The notes under the pieces were generated by a model, which saw nothing but the letters and a program-made list of their open reading frames with translations, was not told the DNA's origin and did not search any database. A stretch of DNA of 64,000 nt. Source: Candidatus Latescibacterota bacterium (lineage in GTDB: Bacteria > Latescibacterota > UBA2968 > UBA8231). Position 1 is the stretch's first letter; each line of letters starts with the position of its first letter. The stretch covers positions 768,001-832,000 of the forward strand of contig OZ242005.1 of NCBI GenBank assembly GCA_965204725.1, written 5' to 3'. This document shows positions 27,661 to 37,471 of the stretch, one piece after another. The translations under genes and the position numbers were made by a program.

Positions 27661-28623
27661 ATGACCGTCAGAATCGGCTTTGTCGGCACGGGCGGTATCG
27701 CCAACCACCACCTACGCATCCTCGCCCAGCTCGACGAGGCCGAGCTGGTTGCCTTTTGCGACGTAGCCGAGGAAAAGGCCCTCGCCGCGGCCAGCGAGTA
27801 CGGCGGCAGGGCCTATAGCCACTACGAGGCCCTGTACGACAGCGAAGTGCTGGACGCGGTCTATGTCTGCCTGCCGCCCTTTGCCCACGCCCAGCCCGAG
27901 CTGGCCGCCATTGAGCGCGGCTTGCCCATTTTTGTGGAAAAACCCGTGGCGACTTCCTTGGACCAAGCCCGCGCCGTTGCAGCGGCCGTCCGCCGCCAAA
28001 ACCTGATCAGCGCCGTGGGCTATCACTGGCGCTATATGGATACGACCGCCCAAGCAATCGAACACCTCGGCGACGAGCCTGTGGGTTTTGCCCTCGGCGC
28101 TTGGACCGGCGGCATGCCCGGGGTGCCTTGGTGGCGGGTGTTGGCCGAGAGCGGCGGCCAGATCGTCGAACAAACCACGCACATCTTCGACTTGGCCCGC
28201 TACCTGCTCGGAGCGGTGGAGAGCGTCCACGCCATGGCGCGCACCGGCCTGATGGAAGACATCCCGAACTACGATGTCCACGACGCCTCGGTCACCAATC
28301 TCCGCTTCCAAAGCGGCGCGGTAGCCAGCATCACCTCGGCCTGTATGCTCGCCGCCGGCGGGCACGTGGGCTTGGACCTCTACCAGAAAAACCAAGTCTT
28401 GCGCCTCACCTCCGGCGCGCTGACCATAGACCGCCCCAGCGGCCGGGAAGTCGTCGAGCTGGGCAACAACCCAACGCAAGCCGAGGATCGCGCCTTTCTC
28501 CGAGCCGTGCAAACCGGCGATGCAGCGGGCATCCGCTGCGACTACGCAGAGGCGGTCCAGACCTTAGCCCTGACCCTCGCGGCAACCCAATCGGCCGTGG
28601 AAAAACGCGTCCTCTCGCTTTAG
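27661..28623 (+). CDS. Gfo/Idh/MocA oxidoreductase
   Basis: GFVGTGGIA, FVEKP, GG.IVEQTTH. Confidence 0.92.
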   Translation: MTVRIGFVGTGGIANHHLRILAQLDEAELVAFCDVAEEKALAAASEYGGRAYSHYEALYDSEVLDAVYVCLPPFAHAQPELAAIERGLPIFVEKPVATSLDQARAVAAAVRRQNLISAVGYHWRYMDTTAQAIEHLGDEPVGFALGAWTGGMPGVPWWRVLAESGGQIVEQTTHIFDLARYLLGAVESVHAMARTGLMEDIPNYDVHDASVTNLRFQSGAVASITSACMLAAGGHVGLDLYQKNQVLRLTSGALTIDRPSGREVVELGNNPTQAEDRAFLRAVQTGDAAGIRCDYAEAVQTLALTLAATQSAVEKRVLSL

Positions 28624-28641
28624 CTGTAGCGGCTTCTGCGG

Positions 28642-29193
28642 CTACTCGTCTTCGATCAGGTCGAAGTCGTGGATGTCCTCGCCAGCTTTGGCTGAGAGGA
28701 TGTCGAGCGCGGCGCAGGCCCCGTCGCCGGCCGAGATAATGGCTTGGATCTTCTTCAGGCGCGTGCTCCAACCAATGACGTAGAGCCCTTCGACCGAGGT
28801 GCGACCGTGGCGGTCGGCGGTCAATCCGTCGGCTTCTTTGGCCACGCCCAAGCGGGCGGCCAGTGGGTTGCTCGGCCCGGTCGCGAGGATCAGATAGGGG
28901 GCTTGGTGGTTTTGGCCATCGGCGGTTTCGACGACAAAGCCCTCCTCGCCCTTTTCGACGCGGTTGACTTCAATGTCCCGAACCTCCCCGCCAAAGCCGC
29001 GCACCTGCTCGCGGCCGATCTGCTGGAACTCGGGTCCGGCGATCTGGGGAATGCCCAAATAATTGTACAGCATGGCTTTGTGCATCAGGGTCTTGTCTTG
29101 GCCGAAGACGGTGACGCTCATGTCGTTTTTGGCGAGAAAGAGCGCGGCGCTCAATCCGCCCGGCCCATCTCCGACGACGATAACATCCGGCAT
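28642..29193 (-). CDS. short FAD-dependent oxidoreductase (thioredoxin-reductase-like)
   Basis: VVGDGPGGLSAA, NYLG, LILATG, TSVEGLY, QAIISAGDG. Confidence 0.85.
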   Translation of the reverse strand: MPDVIVVGDGPGGLSAALFLAKNDMSVTVFGQDKTLMHKAMLYNYLGIPQIAGPEFQQIGREQVRGFGGEVRDIEVNRVEKGEEGFVVETADGQNHQAPYLILATGPSNPLAARLGVAKEADGLTADRHGRTSVEGLYVIGWSTRLKKIQAIISAGDGACAALDILSAKAGEDIHDFDLIEDE

Positions 29194-29310
29194 TTCTCAC
29201 TCCTTTGGTGTTGGTTCACAGCGCGCAAATAAGGGCGCGCCCGCGCCGGCTGTCAACTTGCCTCGGGGCGTAGTACGCAACGCGAATGCGAGTGGACGCG
29301 ATCGCCGGGA

Positions 29311-32300
29311 TTATTCGCGCTCCGGCTCGAATACCAGTTCTGGCACCACTACCTCCCAAGCATCGCATTGCACGTGGTCTTGGTACTGCGGCTCCGACGC
29401 TTCGCGGCTCCAAGCCACGACCGCGAAGACCGTGGCCGACCTGCATCGCGTTCGCGGTGGGGGTTCAAACGCTCGGGCGAGATGCCCTACCACTGTCCCC
29501 GACCGGTCCAGCAATTCCCAAGAGCCCGTTTTGGCAATCCGCGTTGCTAGCCGATCACCGGGTGCCAAAGCGGCAATCGCGCGATGCACCTGATGGTTGG
29601 CGTGGCGACGCCCCGCAAAACCCAGATTGACCTCGCGCAGACTGGGCCGTCGATATTGACGTGCGAGTTCCAAGGTTTCCGGCGGCAAGCCGCCGGCCGG
29701 GCGGTGTAAAACGGGGCCGTTGTTCGGAAGGGCCTGCGGTAGCGAAGGCAAGCACCCCAAGTACGCCGGGGGTTCAGGCTCCTTTACGACATTAGGCTGC
29801 ATAGGACCGCCGGCGCGGCGCGATCCTTGAAAACGCACCAGAGCGAGGGTCTGCCGGGCGCGCGTCATGGCCACGTAGTAGAGCCGGCGCGGCGCATCCG
29901 AGTCCTCGCCCTTGTTGATTTTGTCCCAGCCTCCATCGAGCACGGCCACGTGGTCAAACTCCAATCCCTTGGCGCGGTGCGCGGTCAACAGCAAGAGCCC
30001 GCGCTGGCGGCGGCGTATGTCTCGCCCCCACTCGGCCAGCCACTCAATGAAGTGGTCCACGGGCATTTCCGCGTCGCCGCTTTCTAGGGCGCACTCATCG
30101 AGGGCCTGCCGTAGTAGATCGTTCCACGAACTGGGCTTTTGCGCCGCCAGCCAGCCCCTCAGATCAGCACGACCGACGATCCGGGTCTCTCGCCCGCGCA
30201 GCCATTCAACAAGCATTCGGGTTTCTCTCAGGTGCCAGAAGCTAGGGATTTCTTCGTTCCCCATCTGCACTGGGATGCCGTAGGCTTCGCAGAATGCGCG
30301 TACTGGATCCAGATACTTCCACTCACGTGCGATCACCGCGCACGTGGACCAGTCCCAGTCCGGTGCGAGGGGGGCGAGGCGCTGCAACTCCGTCATCGCA
30401 CTCCACGCTTGCGCGATCGGATCGGGCCGCGCCGGTAGAATCTGCACTCGGCCTTGAGCAACCGCATCCAACGCACCCCAGTCGCCGCCCGGCGGATTCT
30501 CCGCACGGGCCCGATCTATGCGGATAGGATGCCCCGTCTTCATCCGTTGTCGAGCCGGCTCGATCCACGCATTGGCCGATGCGATGATGTGGCTGGTGGA
30601 ACGGTAGTTGTCGATCAGGTACGTGGGCTTCGGCCCGTAATCCGCTTCAAAACGACGGATGAACCCCACTGAAGCCCCGTTGAAGGCGTAGATATTCTGA
30701 TCGTCGTCACCTACTGCGAAGAGGGTGAGCTTGCGATCTTCATCTAGGGTCCGTCCAGCCAAGGCCGCTATCAATTCGTATTGATCGGCACCGATGTCTT
30801 GGTATTCGTCCACGAGTATCCAGCGGAAACCAGCGAGAAGCCGTTCCCGCTGATCGTCTGCGTCCTCCGGCTCCAGCCCCTCGCCGCGCAGCAGCGCCAC
30901 TGCTTGGCGCAACACCTGCTGAAATGCATCGTCGCCCAGCAGGTGCCTCGCCCGCTCTTGGAAGCTGACGCCGACTAGTCGCATGGCCAACGCATGACAG
31001 GTGAGCACGGTTACTCCCCGAGCGTCGTCGCCGAGCAAATCCACGAGGCGTCGTCGGATCTCGACCGCTGCGTGCCGGTTGTAAGCCAAGGCCAAGATGC
31101 CGCGGGGATTCTCGCGCCTTACACGCACTAGGTACGCGATGCGATGCACTAGCACGCGCGTCTTGCCGGAGCCGGGACCGGCGAGCACCAGCACGTTGGT
31201 CTGGTCCCGATCGTCCGCGACGATGCGTTGCTGAATGGGATTCTTCAGGCTTTCGACTATGGTTCGCCACGACTCAGGCGTGGTCTCCCGTGCAATCTCC
31301 TCGTCCCGCTCTGGCAACCAATGGCGGAGGAAATCCTCCTCCCCCAAGCTAAAGTAGTCAACGGCCAAACGCAGAGCCTCGGCCATGTCGTCAAGGCCCT
31401 GCTCGGCAAATTCCGCCATCACGTGGATCTGCCGCACCTGCCCCTTGTAATGGAGCTCGAGCGGTACAAAGTCGGCTTTGGCAAAGCCGCGCTTCTCTTC
31501 GCCCAGCCGGATGGTCATGGCCGGGCGGAATACCGCTAGCCCCTTGTTCAGGCGGATGACCTCCTGCTCGTGTAGCCATAGGAGGGCGCGGTCTAGCAAT
31601 TTCTCGGGGTTCCTGCTCTTGCTTAGAAGTAAGTCGGACGTGATCGCTGCCAACAGGTTGCCGAGGGTCGTCTCAGCCAGCAGGTCCACGCCCCGGCTGC
31701 CGGGCGGCAGGCAAGCGAGCAAGTGATTCAGCAAGCACTTGGCCCCATCGCGGCGGCGCGACGCGAGTTCCTCCAAATCCGACCACTCGCGCCGTAGCGT
31801 CACCTGCACCGTCTCGGCATCCCGCTGTCGCACCCCCAGGCTGCCGGCGTCGCCCCCTTCGCCGCGCCCGTCGCGAGCGATGCTGCGGAGAATGCGCCCC
31901 AGCCGTTCCGGCAGCGGATTGGCCACTCCCGCATCTCGCAGCGTCTGCGCGGCGACGCGCAAATGCAGGGTTGAGGCGTCTCCCTTACCCATATCCGGGG
32001 CCATCTCGCGCATCTGTGCGATCAGGGCAGTCTCCAATTCCGCCGCCTCGTCAAAGCGCTTCTGCGAGTTGCGCGCAACTCCCGCGTGGACAAAGGCGGT
32101 CAGGGCCGTATCGTTGCTGGCGATGCCCAGCCGCTCCAAGTCGAACAGGGCACCACGCACCCTCTCGGCACTCAGGCCGGATACGCCCATTAGCTCGTCA
32201 GTGGAGATGCCCTCGTCCGGGTCGGCATCGATCAGGGTCTCGGCGATTCTGAGCAGCCGTTGCCGATAGTCGTCGGTCCCGGCCGCCTTGGCCAATCGCC

Positions 32301-34485
32301 TGCGTACTTCCCGCACCGAATCTACCCGCAGAGACGAAGGAAACACCTGCACTTGGTTCTCCTCCCGGGTCAGCAGTACCGCCTCCTCAAGCCAAGAGAC
32401 GGCCGTGCGCACCCGGGTGTCGTCCGTGGCGGAGTCCCGCCCGAAGACCTTTTCCTCGTCCTCGCCGAGGATCTCGCCGGCCGTGGCTACGACCTCGCCA
32501 CTCAGACGCTTTTTCCGATCCAAGTTGCGCAACGCTTTCAGGACGCCGCGGATTTCCCGCTGGGTGAGCCGCGAATATGCCGACAGGCGAAACTGCCTCT
32601 CCACATCGTCCGGCGCATAGAGCAGCACGCAACGCGCCATCTGTCGGTCGCGGCCGGCGCGGCCGGCCTCCTGTATGTAGTTCTCCAGCGATCCTGGGAT
32701 GTCGGCGTGGATCACCAGCCGCACGTCCGGCTTGTCGATGCCCATGCCGAAGGCATTGGTAGCCGCGATCACGCGCAATTCGCCGCCGATGAAACGCTGC
32801 TGCACATCCTTCTTGGTCTCCGGCGACAGCCCGGCGTGGAAGTAATCCGCCGCGATCTCCTTGTTCTGCAGGAACTCCGCCACCTTTTCGGTCTGCCGTT
32901 GCGTCGCACAATAGACAATGGCACCGCCGGGCGCATCCGGCGGCAGGCCATCCATTAGGATCTGATGGATATGCGCGAATTTCTCGCCGCCGGTCGTCGG
33001 CACCACTGTAAACTCCAGATTGGTGCGCCGGGCACCGCCGTTGAAGACCTTTAGACCTATATCAAGTTCGTCCCGAAAATGCTGCTTGATGTCCTCGACT
33101 ACGTCGGGTTTGGCGGTCGCAGTCAGGCACAGCACCGGCGGGACCGGGTCCGGTTTCGCCTTTTCGCGGATGAAGCGTCCCACGTAGCGATAATCCGGCC
33201 GGAAGTCGTGCCCCCACTTCGAGAGGCAATGGGCCTCGTCCAGCACCCAAGCCCCGATCTCGCGTTGATCGAGCACGCGGCGCAGGGAACGGTTGCGGAG
33301 TTGCTCTGGCGAGATGATGAGAATGCCGGCGTCGCCCAAACGCACCCGATCTAGCGCATCGGCCCGCTCAGGCATGGACAGCAACCCATTGATGGCCACG
33401 CACGATTCGATGCCATGGGCCTCCAGCCCCGCCACCTGATCCGCCATGAGCGCGACCAAGGGCGAAATCACCACCGCGAGCGCGCCGGTTTTGTCGTAGC
33501 GGGACAGGGCCGGAATCTGGTAGCAGAGCGACTTGCCAGTGCCGGTGGGCAGAATTGCCAAAACGTGCTCCCCGGCCATTGCCGCCTCAACGATGGACTG
33601 CTGCATAGGCTGTTGTTTGTCCTCGTCCTTCGGCTCCGGCCGGAAGTCGTCAAAGCCGAACCACCGTTTGAGCTCCTTGTTCGCGTCGTGTCGCTCCCCG
33701 CACCAAGCGCAGTCCACCTCGCCGCAGGGCCTATCCCGTAGTCGGCGAATCAACCTACCGGCTTCTGGAAATTGATGTCGAACCCACGGCGGCATCACGG
33801 AATTGCCGCCGGCAACCGACAGCCAAGCCAGCGCGAAAGCGAGCGGCCAGCCGCTTTGGGCGGCATTCTTTTGCACATCCCGACCGCAATTCTGACAGGC
33901 GATGTCCGCAAGTTGCTCGCGGATTGCCGCATTGGCCTCTGCGTCGCTTGGCCGGGGCGCATCCCTTATGGAAGCGAAAACAGCGTCGAACCCCGCGCTG
34001 TCGGGTCCCGTCCCGGTCAGCCAATGCCACGCGGCGAGCAAGCCACGCGACGCCTCGCGTAACGCCGATTGCTGATTGTCAAAGACTTCTAGCGCGAGCC
34101 GAGCGTCGAGTTCCGGGTCGTTCAATTGCCCGCGTTTGAGCGGTCCATCCTGATAGTGCTTGACGAGGTGGTGATAGGGATTGCGAGGAAAGGCCAACGG
34201 ATTGAGCCGTAGCGTATCCACCGTCGGCCGCTTCAACAGTCGGAGATCGGGCTTGACCGCCTTCATAAAGGGTAAATCGAAAGCGATCAGGTTGTGGCCG
34301 AGCAGAAAGTCCGCGCCCGTAGCAAACTTGTCGAGTTCCGCCAACGCGGCCGCTAAGTCGCCGCCTTGGAAGACCAGCGGTTGATCAATGTCTCGGCGCA
34401 CCGCGGCAAAGGCACGGATGCGGTGATCCTGCTTGCCGACTTCGAGGTCGAGCGAGAGGCAGCGCGACGAAAGGCTTGGATCCAT
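29311..34485 (-). CDS. 1724-aa fusion: DEDD-like exonuclease + RecQ (SF2) helicase + UvrD (SF1) helicase
   Basis: SLDLE/GHNLIAFD; PTGTGKS, DEAH, AFGMGIDKPDVR, QEAGRAGRD; AGPGSGKT, VDEYQD, VGDDDQNIY, NYRS, TAHRAKGLEF, YVAMTRA. Confidence 0.9.
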   Translation of the reverse strand: MDPSLSSRCLSLDLEVGKQDHRIRAFAAVRRDIDQPLVFQGGDLAAALAELDKFATGADFLLGHNLIAFDLPFMKAVKPDLRLLKRPTVDTLRLNPLAFPRNPYHHLVKHYQDGPLKRGQLNDPELDARLALEVFDNQQSALREASRGLLAAWHWLTGTGPDSAGFDAVFASIRDAPRPSDAEANAAIREQLADIACQNCGRDVQKNAAQSGWPLAFALAWLSVAGGNSVMPPWVRHQFPEAGRLIRRLRDRPCGEVDCAWCGERHDANKELKRWFGFDDFRPEPKDEDKQQPMQQSIVEAAMAGEHVLAILPTGTGKSLCYQIPALSRYDKTGALAVVISPLVALMADQVAGLEAHGIESCVAINGLLSMPERADALDRVRLGDAGILIISPEQLRNRSLRRVLDQREIGAWVLDEAHCLSKWGHDFRPDYRYVGRFIREKAKPDPVPPVLCLTATAKPDVVEDIKQHFRDELDIGLKVFNGGARRTNLEFTVVPTTGGEKFAHIHQILMDGLPPDAPGGAIVYCATQRQTEKVAEFLQNKEIAADYFHAGLSPETKKDVQQRFIGGELRVIAATNAFGMGIDKPDVRLVIHADIPGSLENYIQEAGRAGRDRQMARCVLLYAPDDVERQFRLSAYSRLTQREIRGVLKALRNLDRKKRLSGEVVATAGEILGEDEEKVFGRDSATDDTRVRTAVSWLEEAVLLTREENQVQVFPSSLRVDSVREVRRRLAKAAGTDDYRQRLLRIAETLIDADPDEGISTDELMGVSGLSAERVRGALFDLERLGIASNDTALTAFVHAGVARNSQKRFDEAAELETALIAQMREMAPDMGKGDASTLHLRVAAQTLRDAGVANPLPERLGRILRSIARDGRGEGGDAGSLGVRQRDAETVQVTLRREWSDLEELASRRRDGAKCLLNHLLACLPPGSRGVDLLAETTLGNLLAAITSDLLLSKSRNPEKLLDRALLWLHEQEVIRLNKGLAVFRPAMTIRLGEEKRGFAKADFVPLELHYKGQVRQIHVMAEFAEQGLDDMAEALRLAVDYFSLGEEDFLRHWLPERDEEIARETTPESWRTIVESLKNPIQQRIVADDRDQTNVLVLAGPGSGKTRVLVHRIAYLVRVRRENPRGILALAYNRHAAVEIRRRLVDLLGDDARGVTVLTCHALAMRLVGVSFQERARHLLGDDAFQQVLRQAVALLRGEGLEPEDADDQRERLLAGFRWILVDEYQDIGADQYELIAALAGRTLDEDRKLTLFAVGDDDQNIYAFNGASVGFIRRFEADYGPKPTYLIDNYRSTSHIIASANAWIEPARQRMKTGHPIRIDRARAENPPGGDWGALDAVAQGRVQILPARPDPIAQAWSAMTELQRLAPLAPDWDWSTCAVIAREWKYLDPVRAFCEAYGIPVQMGNEEIPSFWHLRETRMLVEWLRGRETRIVGRADLRGWLAAQKPSSWNDLLRQALDECALESGDAEMPVDHFIEWLAEWGRDIRRRQRGLLLLTAHRAKGLEFDHVAVLDGGWDKINKGEDSDAPRRLYYVAMTRARQTLALVRFQGSRRAGGPMQPNVVKEPEPPAYLGCLPSLPQALPNNGPVLHRPAGGLPPETLELARQYRRPSLREVNLGFAGRRHANHQVHRAIAALAPGDRLATRIAKTGSWELLDRSGTVVGHLARAFEPPPRTRCRSATVFAVVAWSREASEPQYQDHVQCDAWEVVVPELVFEPERE

Positions 34486-34607
34486 AATGATATATAGAAG
34501 GCGGTGGACATTCCCTATCTTCGCGGGTTAAAATTAGGACAAATAAAGGCACTCTCAAGAGTCAACCTAATGAACGCTAGGTAGCAAGCGATCTATATCT
34601 ATCCCTT

Positions 34608-35537
34608 ATGCAGCCCATTTCTTCTCCGTCCCCGCCCCTCTTTCCCGGGTTTACCGAATCCCGCCTAGCCCTCGCCGACCAAGTCGAAATGGCGTATATC
34701 GACAATGGCTGCGCTAGTGCCCATCCCCCTTTGGTGCTGCTGCACGGCGTCTTTGACAACAAGGCCACGTGGTTCCGCTTGGCCCGCCGCTTGCCCGGCC
34801 GTCGCATTATCGCCCCCGACTTGATCGGCCACGGGCGCAGTAGCAAGCCGAGTTTTGCCGCCCACCCAGCACACGAGCGCTACTCGCCCGACATGCAGGC
34901 CGGCTACCTCGCGGCCTTTATCGCCGCCCTCGGCTTGGATGACGCAATCCTCTTGGGCAATTCGCTCGGCGGCGGCTTGGCCCTGCGCTCGTACCTCAAC
35001 TTTCCCGCCCTCGCGGCCAAAGTGCGCGGACTCGTGCTCATCGCCGCGGCCGGCTATCCGCACGAACTCCCCCTGCACGTCCGCACCCTCGGGAGCTATC
35101 CGGGCAAGCTGTTGAGCCACGCGCCAATCCACTCCTTGGCCCGCACATCCGGCCTGTTGCGCTTGGCTGTTTGGCGCACCTTCCGGCGCTGCTTCCACGA
35201 CCGCAGCAAAATCCCCCCCGAACTCGCAACGGTCGCTCGCACCGCACTGGCGACGCCCAACGCCGCGTATGCCTACCACTACTCAGCGCGGAACCTCATT
35301 CCTCCCGACGTAGCAACGTTCCACCAGTGCTTTGGCGACATCGCCTGCCCGACCTTGGTCTTGTGGGGCCGACAGGACCGCATCCTACCCGTGCGCTCGG
35401 CCCAGTGCTTCGCCGACGACCTGCCCTGCACCGATCTACACATCTTCCCCAACTGCGGCCACGCACCCCACCTCGAATACCCCGACGAGACGGCCGCCTG
35501 CATAGAGCGATGGTTGCAAAAGCACGCGGTTCTCTAG
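34608..35537 (+). CDS. alpha/beta-fold hydrolase
   Basis: LVLLHG, PDLIGHGRS, GNSLGG, WGRQD, CGHAPHLE. Confidence 0.9.
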   Translation: MQPISSPSPPLFPGFTESRLALADQVEMAYIDNGCASAHPPLVLLHGVFDNKATWFRLARRLPGRRIIAPDLIGHGRSSKPSFAAHPAHERYSPDMQAGYLAAFIAALGLDDAILLGNSLGGGLALRSYLNFPALAAKVRGLVLIAAAGYPHELPLHVRTLGSYPGKLLSHAPIHSLARTSGLLRLAVWRTFRRCFHDRSKIPPELATVARTALATPNAAYAYHYSARNLIPPDVATFHQCFGDIACPTLVLWGRQDRILPVRSAQCFADDLPCTDLHIFPNCGHAPHLEYPDETAACIERWLQKHAVL

Positions 35538-35541
35538 CTAT

Positions 35542-35983
35542 TCCCGTAAACATATCTGCAACTATTATCCAGCACCGGCGTCTAAGCTACAGAAAACCTT
35601 TTGATTAGGAGAGACTCCATGCCACTGTATCGCCACGCAGAAGCCTCAGGCGCCCCAGACGAGATCATCGTGATCGAGGATCGGGGCATGCTCGGGCGCG
35701 ACCACCCCAGTTTTGAGTTTATCGACCCGCATACCGTCAAGGCCCATCCCCTCATTATCGAAGCCCTAATCGCAGATTCCGAGCGTTTGTGGACGCTTGG
35801 AGAAATACTCGCCGACCTAGAGGAGCACCCCGCAGTGAGTCCCTGAGCAACGACAAAAAACACCTGTTATACATCCCCCGTCCTCTTCCTCCCCGGCAAA
35901 ACCCAGTTCATCCCCTAGGCGAGCAGCGCCGCTACACTGAATTCTACGCGACCGACAGTTCGCGCCTTGATCTCTTTACGGGA
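35542..35983. mobile_element. putative inverted-repeat-bounded non-autonomous element (~440 bp)
   Basis: TCCCGTAAACATATC (35542-35556) vs reverse complement of 35969-35983, TCCCGTAAAGAGATC (13/15); fills the intergenic space. Confidence 0.5.
35619..35846 (+). CDS. small hypothetical protein (75 aa)
   Basis: AGGAG RBS before ATG; acidic, protein-like composition. Confidence 0.55.
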   Translation: MPLYRHAEASGAPDEIIVIEDRGMLGRDHPSFEFIDPHTVKAHPLIIEALIADSERLWTLGEILADLEEHPAVSP

Positions 35984-35995
35984 TAGCGACAGCGG

Positions 35996-37387
35996 TCAGT
36001 CGTAATCCGGCCCGCCGACCGGCCCCAGCAGCGTGCGATTCTCTGCGGGCGTCTGCATCGCGTCGAGAAAGTCCGCTAGGGCGTGCTGCATCCGCCGGGC
36101 TACCTCTCCATGCCCACCGATCACGTTCTGCTGCTGCTGGGGGTCGGTCTGCATATCGTATAGCTCGGGGGCACCGCCGTGCTCGCCATACGCCAAGTAG
36201 GTCCAGCGCTCGTCGGTCACCGTCGGCCCGCCGTTGCGGATAAAGGTCGAGCTGAAGGCGTACTGCCGCGGCCACGCGGCCGAGCCGGTCAGCAGCGGCA
36301 CCAGCGAGTGCCCATGCATGGCTAGGTCGCTCTTTTCCACGCCCGCTAAAGCCATCAGCGTCGGCAGCAAATCCACCGATTGCGTCAATGCGCTCACTCG
36401 CTGTCCGCCCGCGACCTCGGGGGCCGCAATCATCAGGGGGATGTGGCTAATCTCTTCGTACAGGGGCCAGACGCGGTCGTCCTCGGGGTGGATGTTGGAC
36501 TTGCCCGTGCGGTTGTGTTCGCCGACGAACATGCCGTGATCCGAGGTAAAGACCACCGCGCTGTTGTCGAATAGCCCGAGCTCCTCAACTTTGTCCAACA
36601 CGTAGCCGATCCACTTGTTGACCAAGTAAATCTCAGCCGCGTAGTGGGCTTGGAGGTTGGCCAGCTCCTCTTGGGTATAGGCCGTCGCCGGGCCGTAGTT
36701 CGGGTGGATCATCGGCGGGCCATCGTACCCCGATGCGTCGTAGCGGCCCACGAGGTGTTCCGGCGGGTCCCACGGCTCGTGCGCGTCGAAGAAATCCACC
36801 CACAGCAGGAAGGGCTCGCCGCCGCGATTTTCCTCCAGCCAGCGGCTCGCCATCTGTGCCGTGCGGACGCAGAAGCGATCTTCTTCCCAAGCCCAGTCGC
36901 GGTTGGTCCACGCATGTAGGGTCGCCAAATTGCCAAAGCGCGTCTTCGCCAGATGGGGATCAACCCGCGTCTTGGCCCCGGCCACCTCCATGCGCGGCGG
37001 CAGATCGCCCTTCAACAGCGGCTTGTCTCCCTCCTGCCCCCGAATCCAATACGCCCCGTCAAACCCCCGATCAAAGTGGTGGACGCCCTTCATCAGATGC
37101 GGCGTGTCGCAGATGAGTTGGCTCTGGTAGCCGGCCGCGCCGAAAATCGTGCTCAGCACCGGGATGCCGGCGGCGAGGGGTTGCCAGCCGTGGAAGGGAA
37201 AGCTGTAGCGGCCGGTAAAGAGGTCGGTGCGGTTGGGGATGGTCGGAAAGCTCGACAAATAGTGCCGGTCGAAGCACACCGCCCGCTCGGCAAAGCGGTC
37301 GAGTGCTGCGGTGCCGATCCACGCATTGCCGTTGCACCCCAGATAGTCGTAGCGAAAGGTATCGCTAACCAAGACGATGATGTTCAT
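35996..37387 (-). CDS. sulfatase-like hydrolase with Thr at the formylglycine position
   Basis: VSDTFRYD, SFPTIPNRTDLFTGRY, FDAHEPWDPP, FTSDHG, ELYD..TDP. Confidence 0.88.
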   Translation of the reverse strand: MNIIVLVSDTFRYDYLGCNGNAWIGTAALDRFAERAVCFDRHYLSSFPTIPNRTDLFTGRYSFPFHGWQPLAAGIPVLSTIFGAAGYQSQLICDTPHLMKGVHHFDRGFDGAYWIRGQEGDKPLLKGDLPPRMEVAGAKTRVDPHLAKTRFGNLATLHAWTNRDWAWEEDRFCVRTAQMASRWLEENRGGEPFLLWVDFFDAHEPWDPPEHLVGRYDASGYDGPPMIHPNYGPATAYTQEELANLQAHYAAEIYLVNKWIGYVLDKVEELGLFDNSAVVFTSDHGMFVGEHNRTGKSNIHPEDDRVWPLYEEISHIPLMIAAPEVAGGQRVSALTQSVDLLPTLMALAGVEKSDLAMHGHSLVPLLTGSAAWPRQYAFSSTFIRNGGPTVTDERWTYLAYGEHGGAPELYDMQTDPQQQQNVIGGHGEVARRMQHALADFLDAMQTPAENRTLLGPVGGPDYD

Positions 37388-37444
37388 GGGAAATCTGCTC
37401 CTTGTATTTTTACAGCGTTCTTAAAGAGTGGCTCAAAGTATCTT

Positions 37445-37467
37445 GGGAACGAGGGCGTCTCGCCCTT
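37445..37467. repeat. short REP-like hairpin downstream of the R-M operon
   Basis: GGGAACG-AGGGCG-TCT-CGCCCT stem-loop. Confidence 0.4.
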
Positions 37468-37471
37468 GAAT

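Noticed and set aside
35789-35986. Second small ORF in the inverted-repeat element
   Set aside because: No convincing start, RBS or recognisable motif.
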